Shown piece after piece: positions 1 to 8,162 of a stretch of DNA of 40,892 nucleotides (position 1 is its first letter; every line of letters starts with the position of its first letter). The translations under genes were made by a program, and so were the position numbers. The DNA is from a virus (taxonomy: Duplodnaviria > Caudoviricetes). The DNA lies in the IMG/VR virus record IMGVR_UViG_3300011438_000019, positions 1 through 40,892 of that record; one strand, given 5' to 3'. Under the pieces are notes generated by a model. That model had not been told where the DNA came from. It ran no database searches and saw only the letters and a program-made list of their open reading frames with translations.

Positions 1-281
1 ACAGGATTTGGTCGAGTCACTACCTGACCATCCGACTGAAGATGTCCCTCCTGGAACTCTCTGTTCGCTTCCTGCTCCTCCTTCGTGAACAGAACCTCGT
101 CCCAGCTCCAAGTGTTTGGATCACGCGGAGACTCCCTCGGTATCCTGATTCTGAGCCTCAGCTTGTCTCCGTTTGCCAGCGTCTTCTGATATTTGACGTG
201 CATGTCGTTTGACGAGAAGACCGGAGTGACAGAGACTCCGTCTTGCACGACCTCTCCCTCTTTCCGACTGATGACCTTCAT
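1..281 (-). CDS. hypothetical protein, 3' end runs off the window
   Basis: Not in ORF track. Manual translation MKVISRKEGEVV...; AGGAGG upstream; ATGA overlap with the stop of 278..427; no stop before window edge. Confidence 0.65.
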   Translation of the reverse strand, partial: MKVISRKEGEVVQDGVSVTPVFSSNDMHVKYQKTLANGDKLRLRIRIPRESPRDPNTWSWDEVLFTKEEQEANREFQEGHLQSDGQVVTRPNP

Positions 282-427
282 CGCATGGCCTCCTGTTCTA
301 AGATCCAGAGTTTCCACTTCCATTCTTGAATCCACTTGTTCGCGATCCTCCGATTGATGTAGCCTCGGTCCCGCATCATTCGGAGCCTTGCGATGTATCG
401 CCGAACTCCCGGTCTGAGATCCGTCAT
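278..427 (-). CDS. small hypothetical protein (49 aa)
   Basis: Not in ORF track. MTDLRPGVRRYIARL...EQEAMR*; GAGGT RBS; fills the gap between neighbours. Confidence 0.55.
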   Translation of the reverse strand: MTDLRPGVRRYIARLRMMRDRGYINRRIANKWIQEWKWKLWILEQEAMR

Positions 428-431
428 CACC

Positions 432-719
432 TCACCATCCTTCTCCGATCGTCATGATCGACGGTCCGTGCTCTTTCCGATATTCCGACGCGTTGACGAA
501 TCCGATCTTCCCCGTCTTCTTGTCTGCCACGATGTAGAATGCCATGTCGTAGAGATCTCCCAGCGTCGGCTGCCTCCGATCCACGTATTCTGTACACTTA
601 ACGACAGGAAACGGAATCGCCTTGTCGAAGATTCGACACCTGGAGACCTCTTGCAGCGGAGAGACCCCGTTCGCTGTCTTCGAGTTCCTGCAAGTCACGC
701 AGAGTGATTCTTTGCTCAT
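432..719 (-). CDS. hypothetical Cys-containing protein
   Basis: CVTC...C...C pattern; GGGAG RBS; fits minus-strand tiling. Confidence 0.65.
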   Translation of the reverse strand: MSKESLCVTCRNSKTANGVSPLQEVSRCRIFDKAIPFPVVKCTEYVDRRQPTLGDLYDMAFYIVADKKTGKIGFVNASEYRKEHGPSIMTIGEGW

Positions 720-731
720 GCTTTCTCCCGT

Positions 732-932
732 CTATCGGAATCTGCGCCTCAGGAACTTCTGGGCATTCCGAACCAGTTGAGCGGTCTCTTCGTCTACTGC
801 TCCAGAGACAAGGAGCACCGCGCCCTCTACCTTGATGTACGTCTTGATTCTGACATCTTTCCGAGCTATGTCGAATTTCGCCAAGAGAGACTCCAGGAAG
901 AGTCTCACGCTTCGGTCTTTGTCTATGATCAT
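732..932 (-). CDS. hypothetical protein
   Basis: Start moved to MIIDKDR (ATG at 932) because GGAGG lies just upstream. Confidence 0.6.
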   Translation of the reverse strand: MIIDKDRSVRLFLESLLAKFDIARKDVRIKTYIKVEGAVLLVSGAVDEETAQLVRNAQKFLRRRFR

Positions 933-974
933 CGATGTTCCTCCAACCTCAGAGACCTCTCGAGCTTCCCACAT

Positions 975-1594
975 GGGGCAGGGAGGGTGATCTCTGAGAA
1001 ATTTTCTGGATATTTTCTAACGAGGCAGATGTCGTCAGGGACTCCGTCTCCTCGATCCAAAAACGGTCGCGATTCGGTGATCGTCGGAGAGAATCGGAGA
1101 GATGAGAGACATCGGAGAGTCTGAGAGACTGAGAGAGTCTCTGAGTCTCCTCTTGTCTCCTCCTATCGTTGATACTGATGAGAGGATGAGATGGAGAGCC
1201 AGAGAGAACTCTCAGAATCTCTCTGCATCAGAGACTCTGAGAGTCTTCGCAGGGGAGATCAAAGAAGAGACTGAGGAGATCTTCCTCGGAGCGAGAGAAT
1301 CTTTCTCTCTGAGACGAGGAGAATCTTCCTCCGAAGAGAACAGGACGAGGAAGAGCGAGAGAGATCGGAGAGAGTCAGATGATCTTCAGCAGAGATTGCG
1401 TAGCGCAGAAAGACGACAAGTTTAGCCTTAGATCGGGCCGAACAGCGGAAGTCGTTGCAAGTTCTTCCTAGAGACGACCTTTTGCCGAATCTCTGAGGGC
1501 GCTGCCAGTGGACGATCATCAGAGAGAACAGAGAGCAGAGAGCTCTAGAACAGAACAGATTGATCCGCTCTCTATGAGCCATGTGTCTGACCTG
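975..1594. other. GA/TC-rich low-complexity, probably non-coding island
   Basis: Largest gap in minus-strand gene tiling; saturated with GAGA, AGAG, TCTC and GAGACT/AGTCTC words; ORFs here are compositionally artefactual. Confidence 0.55.
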
Positions 1595-1864
1595 CTATAC
1601 ATGAATGCTTTTAGCCTCTTTCTCCTTGTCTTCTAGGATCACTCCTTCCAGCTTCCTATACAGAGTAAGGACTAGATTGGAGAGAGGGGAAGGCCGTGGA
1701 TGAGTCTGATCGAAGGTCTTCGGAAAGAAGACTCTCATCCAGAGAGCAGAATAGACGTCAGAAGAGACGAGGACGAAGTCGGCGAACTGGTATGCCGAGA
1801 GAGGAGGAAGATGCTTCGTCTCCTTGATCTGGACGCCAGAGAGAGCGCGGAAGCTGTCTTTCAC
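1595..1864 (-). CDS. hypothetical protein
   Basis: GTGA overlap with upstream gene; GGAG RBS. Confidence 0.55.
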   Translation of the reverse strand: MKDSFRALSGVQIKETKHLPPLSAYQFADFVLVSSDVYSALWMRVFFPKTFDQTHPRPSPLSNLVLTLYRKLEGVILEDKEKEAKSIHV

Positions 1865-2091
1865 TGGATCATCTCCTTCCGTTCTTCCGGGAAGTGGACT
1901 GTCTTCATGTGGTTTTCAAACTCTTCTGGAGTCTGGGGCAGTTTCAAGACTTCCGATCCTTTCAGCCCACGGAGAGCGGTGCAGAATCGGCATCCAAGTC
2001 CACTGGATCCAGAGGTCGTGTTGATCTGGACAGGTTCTCTCCAATCGATCCAGGGATAGAGCAGTTCCAGCTCCCTCTCTCTGATCATCAC
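1861..2091 (-). CDS. hypothetical protein with CxxC
   Basis: CRFC...H...H, possible zinc binder; overlap-coupled on both sides. Confidence 0.6.
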   Translation of the reverse strand: MMIRERELELLYPWIDWREPVQINTTSGSSGLGCRFCTALRGLKGSEVLKLPQTPEEFENHMKTVHFPEERKEMIQ

Positions 2092-2249
2092 TTGTCCTCG
2101 TCTATCTCAATGTCCATCAGATTCCGCTCCGCGTCCTCTCCCAGATTTTCTTCTATCTCTTGACGAAGCTTTTCTTCGGCATTCTTCTCATTCGTAGCTT
2201 GAACATGGATCTCCGTAGTGAAGGAGACTGTCCACCACTTCTTCTTCAT
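2088..2249 (-). CDS. small hypothetical protein (53 aa)
   Basis: Not in ORF track. MKKKWWTVSFTTEIHVQA...DEDK*; 4-nt overlaps with both neighbours. Confidence 0.6.
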   Translation of the reverse strand: MKKKWWTVSFTTEIHVQATNEKNAEEKLRQEIEENLGEDAERNLMDIEIDEDK

Positions 2250-2428
2250 GGCTTCCTCCGAACAGAGATCTTCAGCATCCCTGTGGAGAACTCGGCTTCT
2301 GCGGCCAGCTTGGACTCGACATCTGGGACGCCGCTCTTCAAGTTCTCCAAGATCTCCCTTTCGAAGTGATCTTCTGGAGATAGATAGAAGTCGTAGCCGT
2401 GTCCATTCGGGAACTTGTCCACCTTCAT
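2246..2428 (-). CDS. hypothetical protein
   Basis: ATGA-coupled; AGGAG RBS. Confidence 0.6.
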   Translation of the reverse strand: MKVDKFPNGHGYDFYLSPEDHFEREILENLKSGVPDVESKLAAEAEFSTGMLKISVRRKP

Positions 2429-2727
2429 GGCTTTCTCCTCTTCTGCATCCCGACCGGGAAGCTGTGGATGTCGATCTGGGGATCCATCCGCTTGAAGAGC
2501 TCAGTGATGTGAATGGATCCCTTGCAACGATGAAGATCCGGAGAGGACATCGAGGACAAGACTACTGTCCACTCATCGCAGAGGGGAGATAGGAGGAACT
2601 GAGTGTGGCGTTCCGGGATCCTCACCTGTCCACAAAACGCGATTGCGCCTGCCAGATCTGGGAATCCTCGCATGGCGAGAAAATCGCATTGTGAGCAAGT
2701 GATACCGAGGAAATATTCTGGGATCAA
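2425..2727 (-). CDS. hypothetical protein
   Basis: Overlap-coupled (TTG start); CSQC motif. Confidence 0.5.
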   Translation of the reverse strand: MIPEYFLGITCSQCDFLAMRGFPDLAGAIAFCGQVRIPERHTQFLLSPLCDEWTVVLSSMSSPDLHRCKGSIHITELFKRMDPQIDIHSFPVGMQKRRKP

Positions 2728-3203
2728 GGTCTCACCTCTTCCGTCCTGACGCTACATGAGCCGTCCGTCCATCGGCATTCCCACGAGAAGAATTGTTCTC
2801 GCACCATCGCAGAGTCCTTGAGAACATGGAGCTGGAGATAGACCGGGTCTCCAGGCTGAGACATCGCGCACTTCTTGATCTCGCTAGAGTATCTTCCCAA
2901 CCAGAATCTGTGCATCTTTCCATCCTCTGTTTGGACGGACAGTTCGCAAGCTTCCAGCTCGGTGACCACAGTGGTCGTGACAGAGCCCGATCCGACGAGA
3001 GCTCCCACGATAGCTCCTTTCATCCCAGCGACCATCCCGCCGACGATAGCTCCTGCGACCGGATGGTCGTTGTCCCGTACGACAGTCTCATTGGACTGGA
3101 GAATTCGGACCTGCGTCACCTTGCCCGGAATTTCTGAGTAGCTCCAGTGAGGCGTGTCGCATCCTATCAACACGAACAGCAAAATCCAAACGTACTTTCT
3201 CAT
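2724..3203 (-). CDS. predicted lipoprotein with glycine-zipper segment
   Basis: MRKYVWILLFVLIGC resembles a signal peptide with lipobox-like Cys; AGAIVGGMVAGMKGAIVGALVG glycine zipper. Confidence 0.65.
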   Translation of the reverse strand: MRKYVWILLFVLIGCDTPHWSYSEIPGKVTQVRILQSNETVVRDNDHPVAGAIVGGMVAGMKGAIVGALVGSGSVTTTVVTELEACELSVQTEDGKMHRFWLGRYSSEIKKCAMSQPGDPVYLQLHVLKDSAMVREQFFSWECRWTDGSCSVRTEEVRP

Positions 3204-3619
3204 CGCTTCCTCCTCTTCTTCCTTGCGGGTTTCTTGGCGTCCACGAGATCAAGGAGCTCCGTAATCTCCCTTTGAACTTCGTAGATCTTCTGCTGGAGAA
3301 TCATCAGGTGACTGCGAAGAACGACTCTGGATTCCGTGACCAGCGGCAGACCGTGAGCATTGATCAGATCGTCAATTGCTTCGTAAGGGACCTGCATTGT
3401 GACGATCCTTCTCTTCTTGTCCATCTTGAAAGCCGTTCCGATAGGAAGATCCTTGATGCGAGTGCTCGGCGGAAGGAGAAGATCATGCTTGATGTCCTTT
3501 GCATGAAACGTTCCCTGATAGACATCCACCCTGCATCCCAGACGCCGAAGAGCTTCAATGGCAGACTGGACGAAGATAGCAGGCTTCTCCGTCCTGACAA
3601 TCACTCTCTTCCTTTTCAT
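3200..3619 (-). CDS. hypothetical protein with C-terminal coiled coil and basic tail
   Basis: Start moved to MKRKRV (3619, ATGA overlap with upstream stop); ends KKPARKKRRKR. Confidence 0.6.
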   Translation of the reverse strand: MKRKRVIVRTEKPAIFVQSAIEALRRLGCRVDVYQGTFHAKDIKHDLLLPPSTRIKDLPIGTAFKMDKKRRIVTMQVPYEAIDDLINAHGLPLVTESRVVLRSHLMILQQKIYEVQREITELLDLVDAKKPARKKRRKR

Positions 3620-4014
3620 GACTTCCTCCCTTCCAGAATCCGGACAGGTTTTCCATTTATGATCCTGTACCTCTTTCCGTTCCACTCAAACGGAAAGCTC
3701 CACTTGACACTCGACGGGTGTTCATTGAACCATCTCTTTCCACACCATCGGCAGATGTATTCGGTATCCCATGCGTCGCCGACCCATCGCAGACTCCAAT
3801 GAGGGCATAGCTTCTCAAAGAAGTCTTTGGGCCGCTTCTCGTTCCACTTCAAGAGCCAGTGAACGAGAAACAAGACCACGAGGACAGTGAGGAATCCAGT
3901 GACCGCTGACCAGACAGCAAAGAGCGGATCGTTTGTGAGAGCCGTGAAGATCAGCATGAGGAAAGAACCGAATCCGCCAGCCGTGATCGCTCTCATCCAT
4001 TCTGAGGAGTTCAT
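3616..4014 (-). CDS. membrane protein with two predicted TM helices
   Basis: Two long hydrophobic stretches, then CPH...CRWC. Confidence 0.6.
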   Translation of the reverse strand: MNSSEWMRAITAGGFGSFLMLIFTALTNDPLFAVWSAVTGFLTVLVVLFLVHWLLKWNEKRPKDFFEKLCPHWSLRWVGDAWDTEYICRWCGKRWFNEHPSSVKWSFPFEWNGKRYRIINGKPVRILEGRKS

Positions 4015-4319
4015 TTTTCACCACCTTCTGGAACGAATGGCTTGCCACTCGTAGATCCCGGGAATTTCATCATCTCGGGATGTCGCCTTGCGAAGTCTCG
4101 GAAGTTCATGATCGTCGAGACCAGCTTCGTCTTCTGGTACTCCGTCGCGTCACCCTCTTCACAGAGAACTTCGTAGAAACGAAGCAAGGTAACAGCGAGC
4201 CTATCCCGAGCTCGGAGGATGAAGATGGGCTCGTCGTCGGGGATGGGTTCATCCGTTTCCCGCTTGACGAGCTGATCGCCTTTGATCTTGAACTTGTTGC
4301 AGAAGATGTCGTGCATCAC
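4011..4319 (-). CDS. conserved phage hypothetical protein
   Basis: IPDDEPIFILRARD resembles a motif I recall from phage hypotheticals; coupled overlaps. Confidence 0.6.
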   Translation of the reverse strand: MMHDIFCNKFKIKGDQLVKRETDEPIPDDEPIFILRARDRLAVTLLRFYEVLCEEGDATEYQKTKLVSTIMNFRDFARRHPEMMKFPGSTSGKPFVPEGGEK

Positions 4320-4480
4320 TTCCTCCTTTTCTCCAGAGTACGTACTTTCTTGTCCAGGTCATGGAGCTTCCCATAGATATGGAAGAGCCGAATGTGGAGA
4401 GACTGTAGAGCCACAAAGATCTGGATGATGGTCAGCTCTCTGGGAAACCTTTTGACCTTCTTAATTTTCTTCTTCTTCAT
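4316..4480 (-). CDS. small basic protein (54 aa) with N-terminal RFPR
   Basis: Not in ORF track. MKKKKIKKVKRFPRELTIIQIF...TLEKRRK*; AGGAGG RBS; stop overlaps next start. Confidence 0.65.
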   Translation of the reverse strand: MKKKKIKKVKRFPRELTIIQIFVALQSLHIRLFHIYGKLHDLDKKVRTLEKRRK

Positions 4481-4922
4481 AGTCTTCCTCCTGATCGTCT
4501 TCCGTGTCTACTTCCTTCCAGCCCTGCTCCAGAAGGAGGCCTTCCAGATGGTCGTGGATCCGGAGGAAGGTACGGATGGAATTGATCTCCTGTCCCTGAA
4601 AAATACTGTTCCGCAGGAGCTTCAATAAAGCTACCGCATCACTGAGCTTGAAGTGAAGCAGAACGTCGTTAGCAGGCTCGTTCTCCTTCACGATAGTGAG
4701 ATGGTAGAAGGACTCTGGCAGATACATCAGGTAGGGAGCGAACCTTCCAAGCGCGACCCTTCTCGCCTTGCTGTTCTCCCTGGAAGTCCGGAACCGCCGA
4801 CACTTGCACTTCGGGGCAGTACATCGCCCTCGGCAAGCTTCTCCAGTGTGATGCTTGGAGTGATGCTTGGAGTGATGGCCGCACTCACAGATGTGCGATG
4901 GCAGAGTCAGTTCGCTCGTCAT
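4461..4922 (-). CDS. hypothetical protein with Cys/His-rich N-terminal domain
   Basis: CECGH..H...C..C....CKC pattern; acidic C-terminus. Confidence 0.65.
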   Translation of the reverse strand: MTSELTLPSHICECGHHSKHHSKHHTGEACRGRCTAPKCKCRRFRTSRENSKARRVALGRFAPYLMYLPESFYHLTIVKENEPANDVLLHFKLSDAVALLKLLRNSIFQGQEINSIRTFLRIHDHLEGLLLEQGWKEVDTEDDQEEDYEEEEN

Positions 4923-5257
4923 TTTGTCCTCTCTTTCAGATCCTTCATCCCTAGGGGATGCATGGTCATGGATACCACCTTCTCGGCGAAACGACGAGAC
5001 ACTTCCGCTGTAAGATACATCAGCTCCTCGACGGAACCATCGCCTGCGTCACAGATGATGCGATCCGCAGACTCGACTGCCTGCTGGATGGCACGCTGAC
5101 GGACTCTTTCGTTGTACTGCCCCGGATAGTCTTCCTCATCCGAGATGGTGTCCACAGCATGGACTTGCTTCTGATGGATAGGGCATTTCTCCGGGCTGCA
5201 TTCTCCATTCTGGAGATGGATCCGGCAGTCACACCGATAGCGTACGATGCGGATCAT
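4919..5257 (-). CDS. hypothetical protein
   Basis: CDC...CPIH; ATGA-coupled. Confidence 0.6.
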   Translation of the reverse strand: MIRIVRYRCDCRIHLQNGECSPEKCPIHQKQVHAVDTISDEEDYPGQYNERVRQRAIQQAVESADRIICDAGDGSVEELMYLTAEVSRRFAEKVVSMTMHPLGMKDLKERTK

Positions 5258-5790
5258 GGCATCAACCTTTCTTCGCCGACTTCTTCCGTGGCATCTGGGA
5301 TTTCGTCCTTGTTGTCTTCTTCCTCTTCGTCCTCCACTCGCTTCTTCTGCGACGTGAAGGCTTTGGTGAAGAAGGACAGGCGATCGTGGAAGCGGACAGC
5401 TCTCCGGACGTTGGAGAAACCGACGTCTCCGCTCGTGGAAATGTTCTCCAAGAGCATCAAGACTTCCTCAACCTCGACCGCGCTGAAGAAGGCCAGCATC
5501 GCATCGTGCGGGATCGGGACGCCAGCCAGAGTAAACTGTTCGTCTTCTGACAGGACAGTTAGGTCGCTAGATTTGAGGTCTTCGAGTTCCTTCGCGTGCT
5601 CCTTCTTCAGTTTGTCCAAGGCTCTAGCTCTGACGAGCCTGTCTTCATCTTTGAGAATCTTGAAATAGGTGATGAACTTATCAACGTCATCACCTATCTG
5701 GAACCGACGGTTCAGGCGATCAAATTTCGCCGCCTTTCCCCGCAGTTCTTTGAGCTCTGCCACTTTAATTCTCTCTGTGATTCTCTTCAT
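5254..5790 (-). CDS. hypothetical protein
   Basis: Helical, acidic tail; AGGAG RBS. Confidence 0.65.
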   Translation of the reverse strand: MKRITERIKVAELKELRGKAAKFDRLNRRFQIGDDVDKFITYFKILKDEDRLVRARALDKLKKEHAKELEDLKSSDLTVLSEDEQFTLAGVPIPHDAMLAFFSAVEVEEVLMLLENISTSGDVGFSNVRRAVRFHDRLSFFTKAFTSQKKRVEDEEEEDNKDEIPDATEEVGEERLMP

Positions 5791-6013
5791 GCTTCTTCTC
5801 CTTTGGAAGAATGGATGTCTTGATGACTTTCCACATTCGGATTAGAACGAGCAGATAGGCCAGACCCGACGCGTACATCATGAGCCCGATTTCCCGTGAT
5901 GGCGAACGAGCCTGGAAGTCCCACAATTGAGCGAAGATCGAGGCGAGCGCACATAGCGCGATCAGACAGAGAAGCCATTCCACGATCTTACGGAAGCGTG
6001 ACATCGGCTTCAT
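5765..6013 (-). CDS. small membrane protein (2 TM)
   Basis: Two hydrophobic helices. Confidence 0.55.
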   Translation of the reverse strand: MKPMSRFRKIVEWLLCLIALCALASIFAQLWDFQARSPSREIGLMMYASGLAYLLVLIRMWKVIKTSILPKEKKHEENHREN

Positions 6014-6015
6014 CG

Positions 6016-6390
6016 CTAGCTCCGTTTGGAGCGTTTCTGGATCTTGGCGATGACCCTCGCCAATTTGAAATGCTGCGAGACGATCTTCGCGAGCAGGATG
6101 GTCAGGCGATTGAGAATGTCCTGCTGAGTGTTACGACTTCGCAGGAACTCCGCGTGAAGGTCTGTCAGCCTTTCCCATCCCATGACAGATTGGACTGCGA
6201 AGTGCGCGAGAAGAGGGTCCGTCATTAGCTGCGCCGAGAAGTTCACAGCGTCGGTGCGATCGGAGCAGGTGAGAACGATCACCTTTCCAAACTTCGGATG
6301 GTTCGTGCAGACATCATACGTTCTCTTCGGTTCGACCTTCTTCGACTTTTGGCTGCTCTGTCTTTTCTTCATGCTGTTCTCCTTTGTCAT
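6016..6390 (-). CDS. hypothetical protein
   Basis: Fits tiling; true start may be 6372 (AGGAG upstream). Confidence 0.55.
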   Translation of the reverse strand: MTKENSMKKRQSSQKSKKVEPKRTYDVCTNHPKFGKVIVLTCSDRTDAVNFSAQLMTDPLLAHFAVQSVMGWERLTDLHAEFLRSRNTQQDILNRLTILLAKIVSQHFKLARVIAKIQKRSKRS

Positions 6391-6859
6391 CTAAGGCTTT
6401 TTCGATCTCCGGCCCGAGCTTGTCAGCGACATCGCCCAGTCCGATCGTCGTGGTCGAAACTCTGCCGATCGTCTTTGTAGAGGTCTCTGAGGTCAGACCA
6501 ATTTTTGCGTCAGCGGCGGCATCCAACCTTCCAGTCTTGTGGATCTGTTCAATCATTGGAGTCCAGACCTGACCCGTTCGCCGAAGCTCGGAGATCACAA
6601 TCTGAGCGCAACCTTTCCCATTGTCTCTGTCGTACAGATGTTCCTCGATGGAAGACAGATCTCCCTCTAGATCCAGTTTCATGACTCGTCCAAAGAGATA
6701 ATCGAAGTAGCCGCCTTCTTGCTCGTCAAGAAATTTCTTGGCTTCTTCGAGGCTCATTGGCTTCGGTTTGTATTGCATAAAGCCCATCCCTTGAGGACGA
6801 GCAGCATTGTAGAGCGCCGCGAGAACAGCGCCCTTTTCGAGACCAGTGATGTCTATCAT
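6314..6859 (-). CDS. conserved hypothetical protein (IDITGL...LAALYN...FDY..GR.MK...LYDRDNG)
   Basis: Motif string recalled from uncharacterised phage and giant-virus proteins; function unknown. Confidence 0.65.
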   Translation of the reverse strand: MIDITGLEKGAVLAALYNAARPQGMGFMQYKPKPMSLEEAKKFLDEQEGGYFDYLFGRVMKLDLEGDLSSIEEHLYDRDNGKGCAQIVISELRRTGQVWTPMIEQIHKTGRLDAAADAKIGLTSETSTKTIGRVSTTTIGLGDVADKLGPEIEKALDDKGEQHEEKTEQPKVEEGRTEENV

Positions 6860-6864
6860 TTTCT

Positions 6865-7137
6865 TTAGTGTCCTTTCGGTAGATTCTGTACGATGGAAAT
6901 TGCCCAGAAACAGATGACGAGGATGGAGCCTGCGACCACGCCAAGGAGAAAAGCTGATTTTCGTTCCATGTGGTAATCGTCAAAGGCTTTCGCTTCCATG
7001 AGAACGAAAGGCCTCCCAGCTTCCAACCAGTCTGGCATGTCATCCTTTACATACCTGATGATCAGCTTGTCGTCATAGCAATCCGCTTCCAGGATCTTCA
7101 ACGTCTTCGGCGCAGAACTAAAAAAGCGGAGTAGCAT
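6865..7137 (-). CDS. hypothetical protein with C-terminal TM anchor
   Basis: Hydrophobic C-terminal helix FLLGVVAGSILVICFWAISIV. Confidence 0.6.
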   Translation of the reverse strand: MLLRFFSSAPKTLKILEADCYDDKLIIRYVKDDMPDWLEAGRPFVLMEAKAFDDYHMERKSAFLLGVVAGSILVICFWAISIVQNLPKGH

Positions 7138-7429
7138 TTTCTTCCTCTTTCGTCCGACGTTGCGGAGGGGTAGAATCTTTCAATGTTTGTGTGATGTTGA
7201 CGCAGCGTGCTCTTTCTACCATGCTGATCTCGTAGAGCTCAAATTCGTTCTTCCACGCCGGATGACGAAGGCCGAACTTGTCTCCGTGATAAGACTCCAA
7301 GACTCCCGACCATGTCGTAAACAGACGGTAGTAGGGTTTGAGGCCTCTTGGGAAAAATCGAGCGAGCCAGACTAGCATCTTTGGCTTCTTAGTGACGACG
7401 CTTTCCTCTTTTCGGGTTTTCTTCTTCAC
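7118..7429 (-). CDS. hypothetical protein
   Basis: AGGAG RBS, GTG start; contains RFFPR variant. Confidence 0.55.
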   Translation of the reverse strand: MKKKTRKEESVVTKKPKMLVWLARFFPRGLKPYYRLFTTWSGVLESYHGDKFGLRHPAWKNEFELYEISMVERARCVNITQTLKDSTPPQRRTKEEENATPLF

Positions 7430-7688
7430 GTGGATCTCCTATCCTGCGAAATTCCATTGTGTAGCCGCTCGGAGTCTCAGAGGGGATGATGAAGGCGATT
7501 ACATCCTTTGGGAACGCGGGACAAGCTGCGATCCTCACCTCTCGGATGTTGGTGACCTCAGAGAATATAGCGCTCGCCATCTCTTCAGCCTTCTCCCGAA
7601 GCCAGCGTTCCAGACCTTCCGGAGTGAGGGGCTTCGCAATGTGCTGCGTCTTGCCCCGATCTGGAGGGATGAAGATAGTGCGGCTCAT
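7389..7688 (-). CDS. hypothetical protein
   Basis: ATGA-coupled. Confidence 0.55.
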   Translation of the reverse strand: MSRTIFIPPDRGKTQHIAKPLTPEGLERWLREKAEEMASAIFSEVTNIREVRIAACPAFPKDVIAFIIPSETPSGYTMEFRRIGDPREEENPKRGKRRH

Positions 7689-8026
7689 TTCTTCGTCCCA
7701 CGTTTCTTGCCAGTCCCAAGACTCCCATACGGCGCGAATCCTCGCTGTCCTGCCTTGCGTCCAACGCGATTCTCTGGATGATCTGGGATCGGCTTGTTCT
7801 CGAGAGGGGCTGGCATTACTCTAGCCTCTCCGTCTGATGTGAGGGTGTAGATGAGATCGGATGGATGATGGCTCCGTGTCACAATGACTATCTTCTCCGC
7901 TTGCCGCATGTTCGGAAAGATGGTGTGGAGCAGCCTTCTCACATACTGGAAGAGAAGATCGTTCTGTGCCAAAGCCTTCTCATCGAGGGCGATTTGCTGC
8001 GTCTCTCTAACGAGTTCTTCTGCCAT
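7685..8026 (-). CDS. hypothetical protein
   Basis: Start placed at MAEELVR (GAGGA upstream); the ORF extends to 8080, so the start is uncertain. Confidence 0.55.
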   Translation of the reverse strand: MAEELVRETQQIALDEKALAQNDLLFQYVRRLLHTIFPNMRQAEKIVIVTRSHHPSDLIYTLTSDGEARVMPAPLENKPIPDHPENRVGRKAGQRGFAPYGSLGTGKKRGTKK

Positions 8027-8162
8027 TGTCTTGTCCTCTGTTCTTTCTGAGATGGATGGTTTCTGGGCGGGACGGTACAAAGCGGTCTAGCAGCGGGGAT
8101 CGTGCGTCTACGGGCTCCCCTCCGCGTTTAACAGGCACTCTAGGGGTCGGAATGGAGGCTCT

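Noticed and set aside
1102-1582. ORFs 1102..1425 (+) and 1259..1582 (-)
   Set aside because: Products are R/E/S/L-biased translations of the GA/TC-rich island with no convincing RBS or motif.
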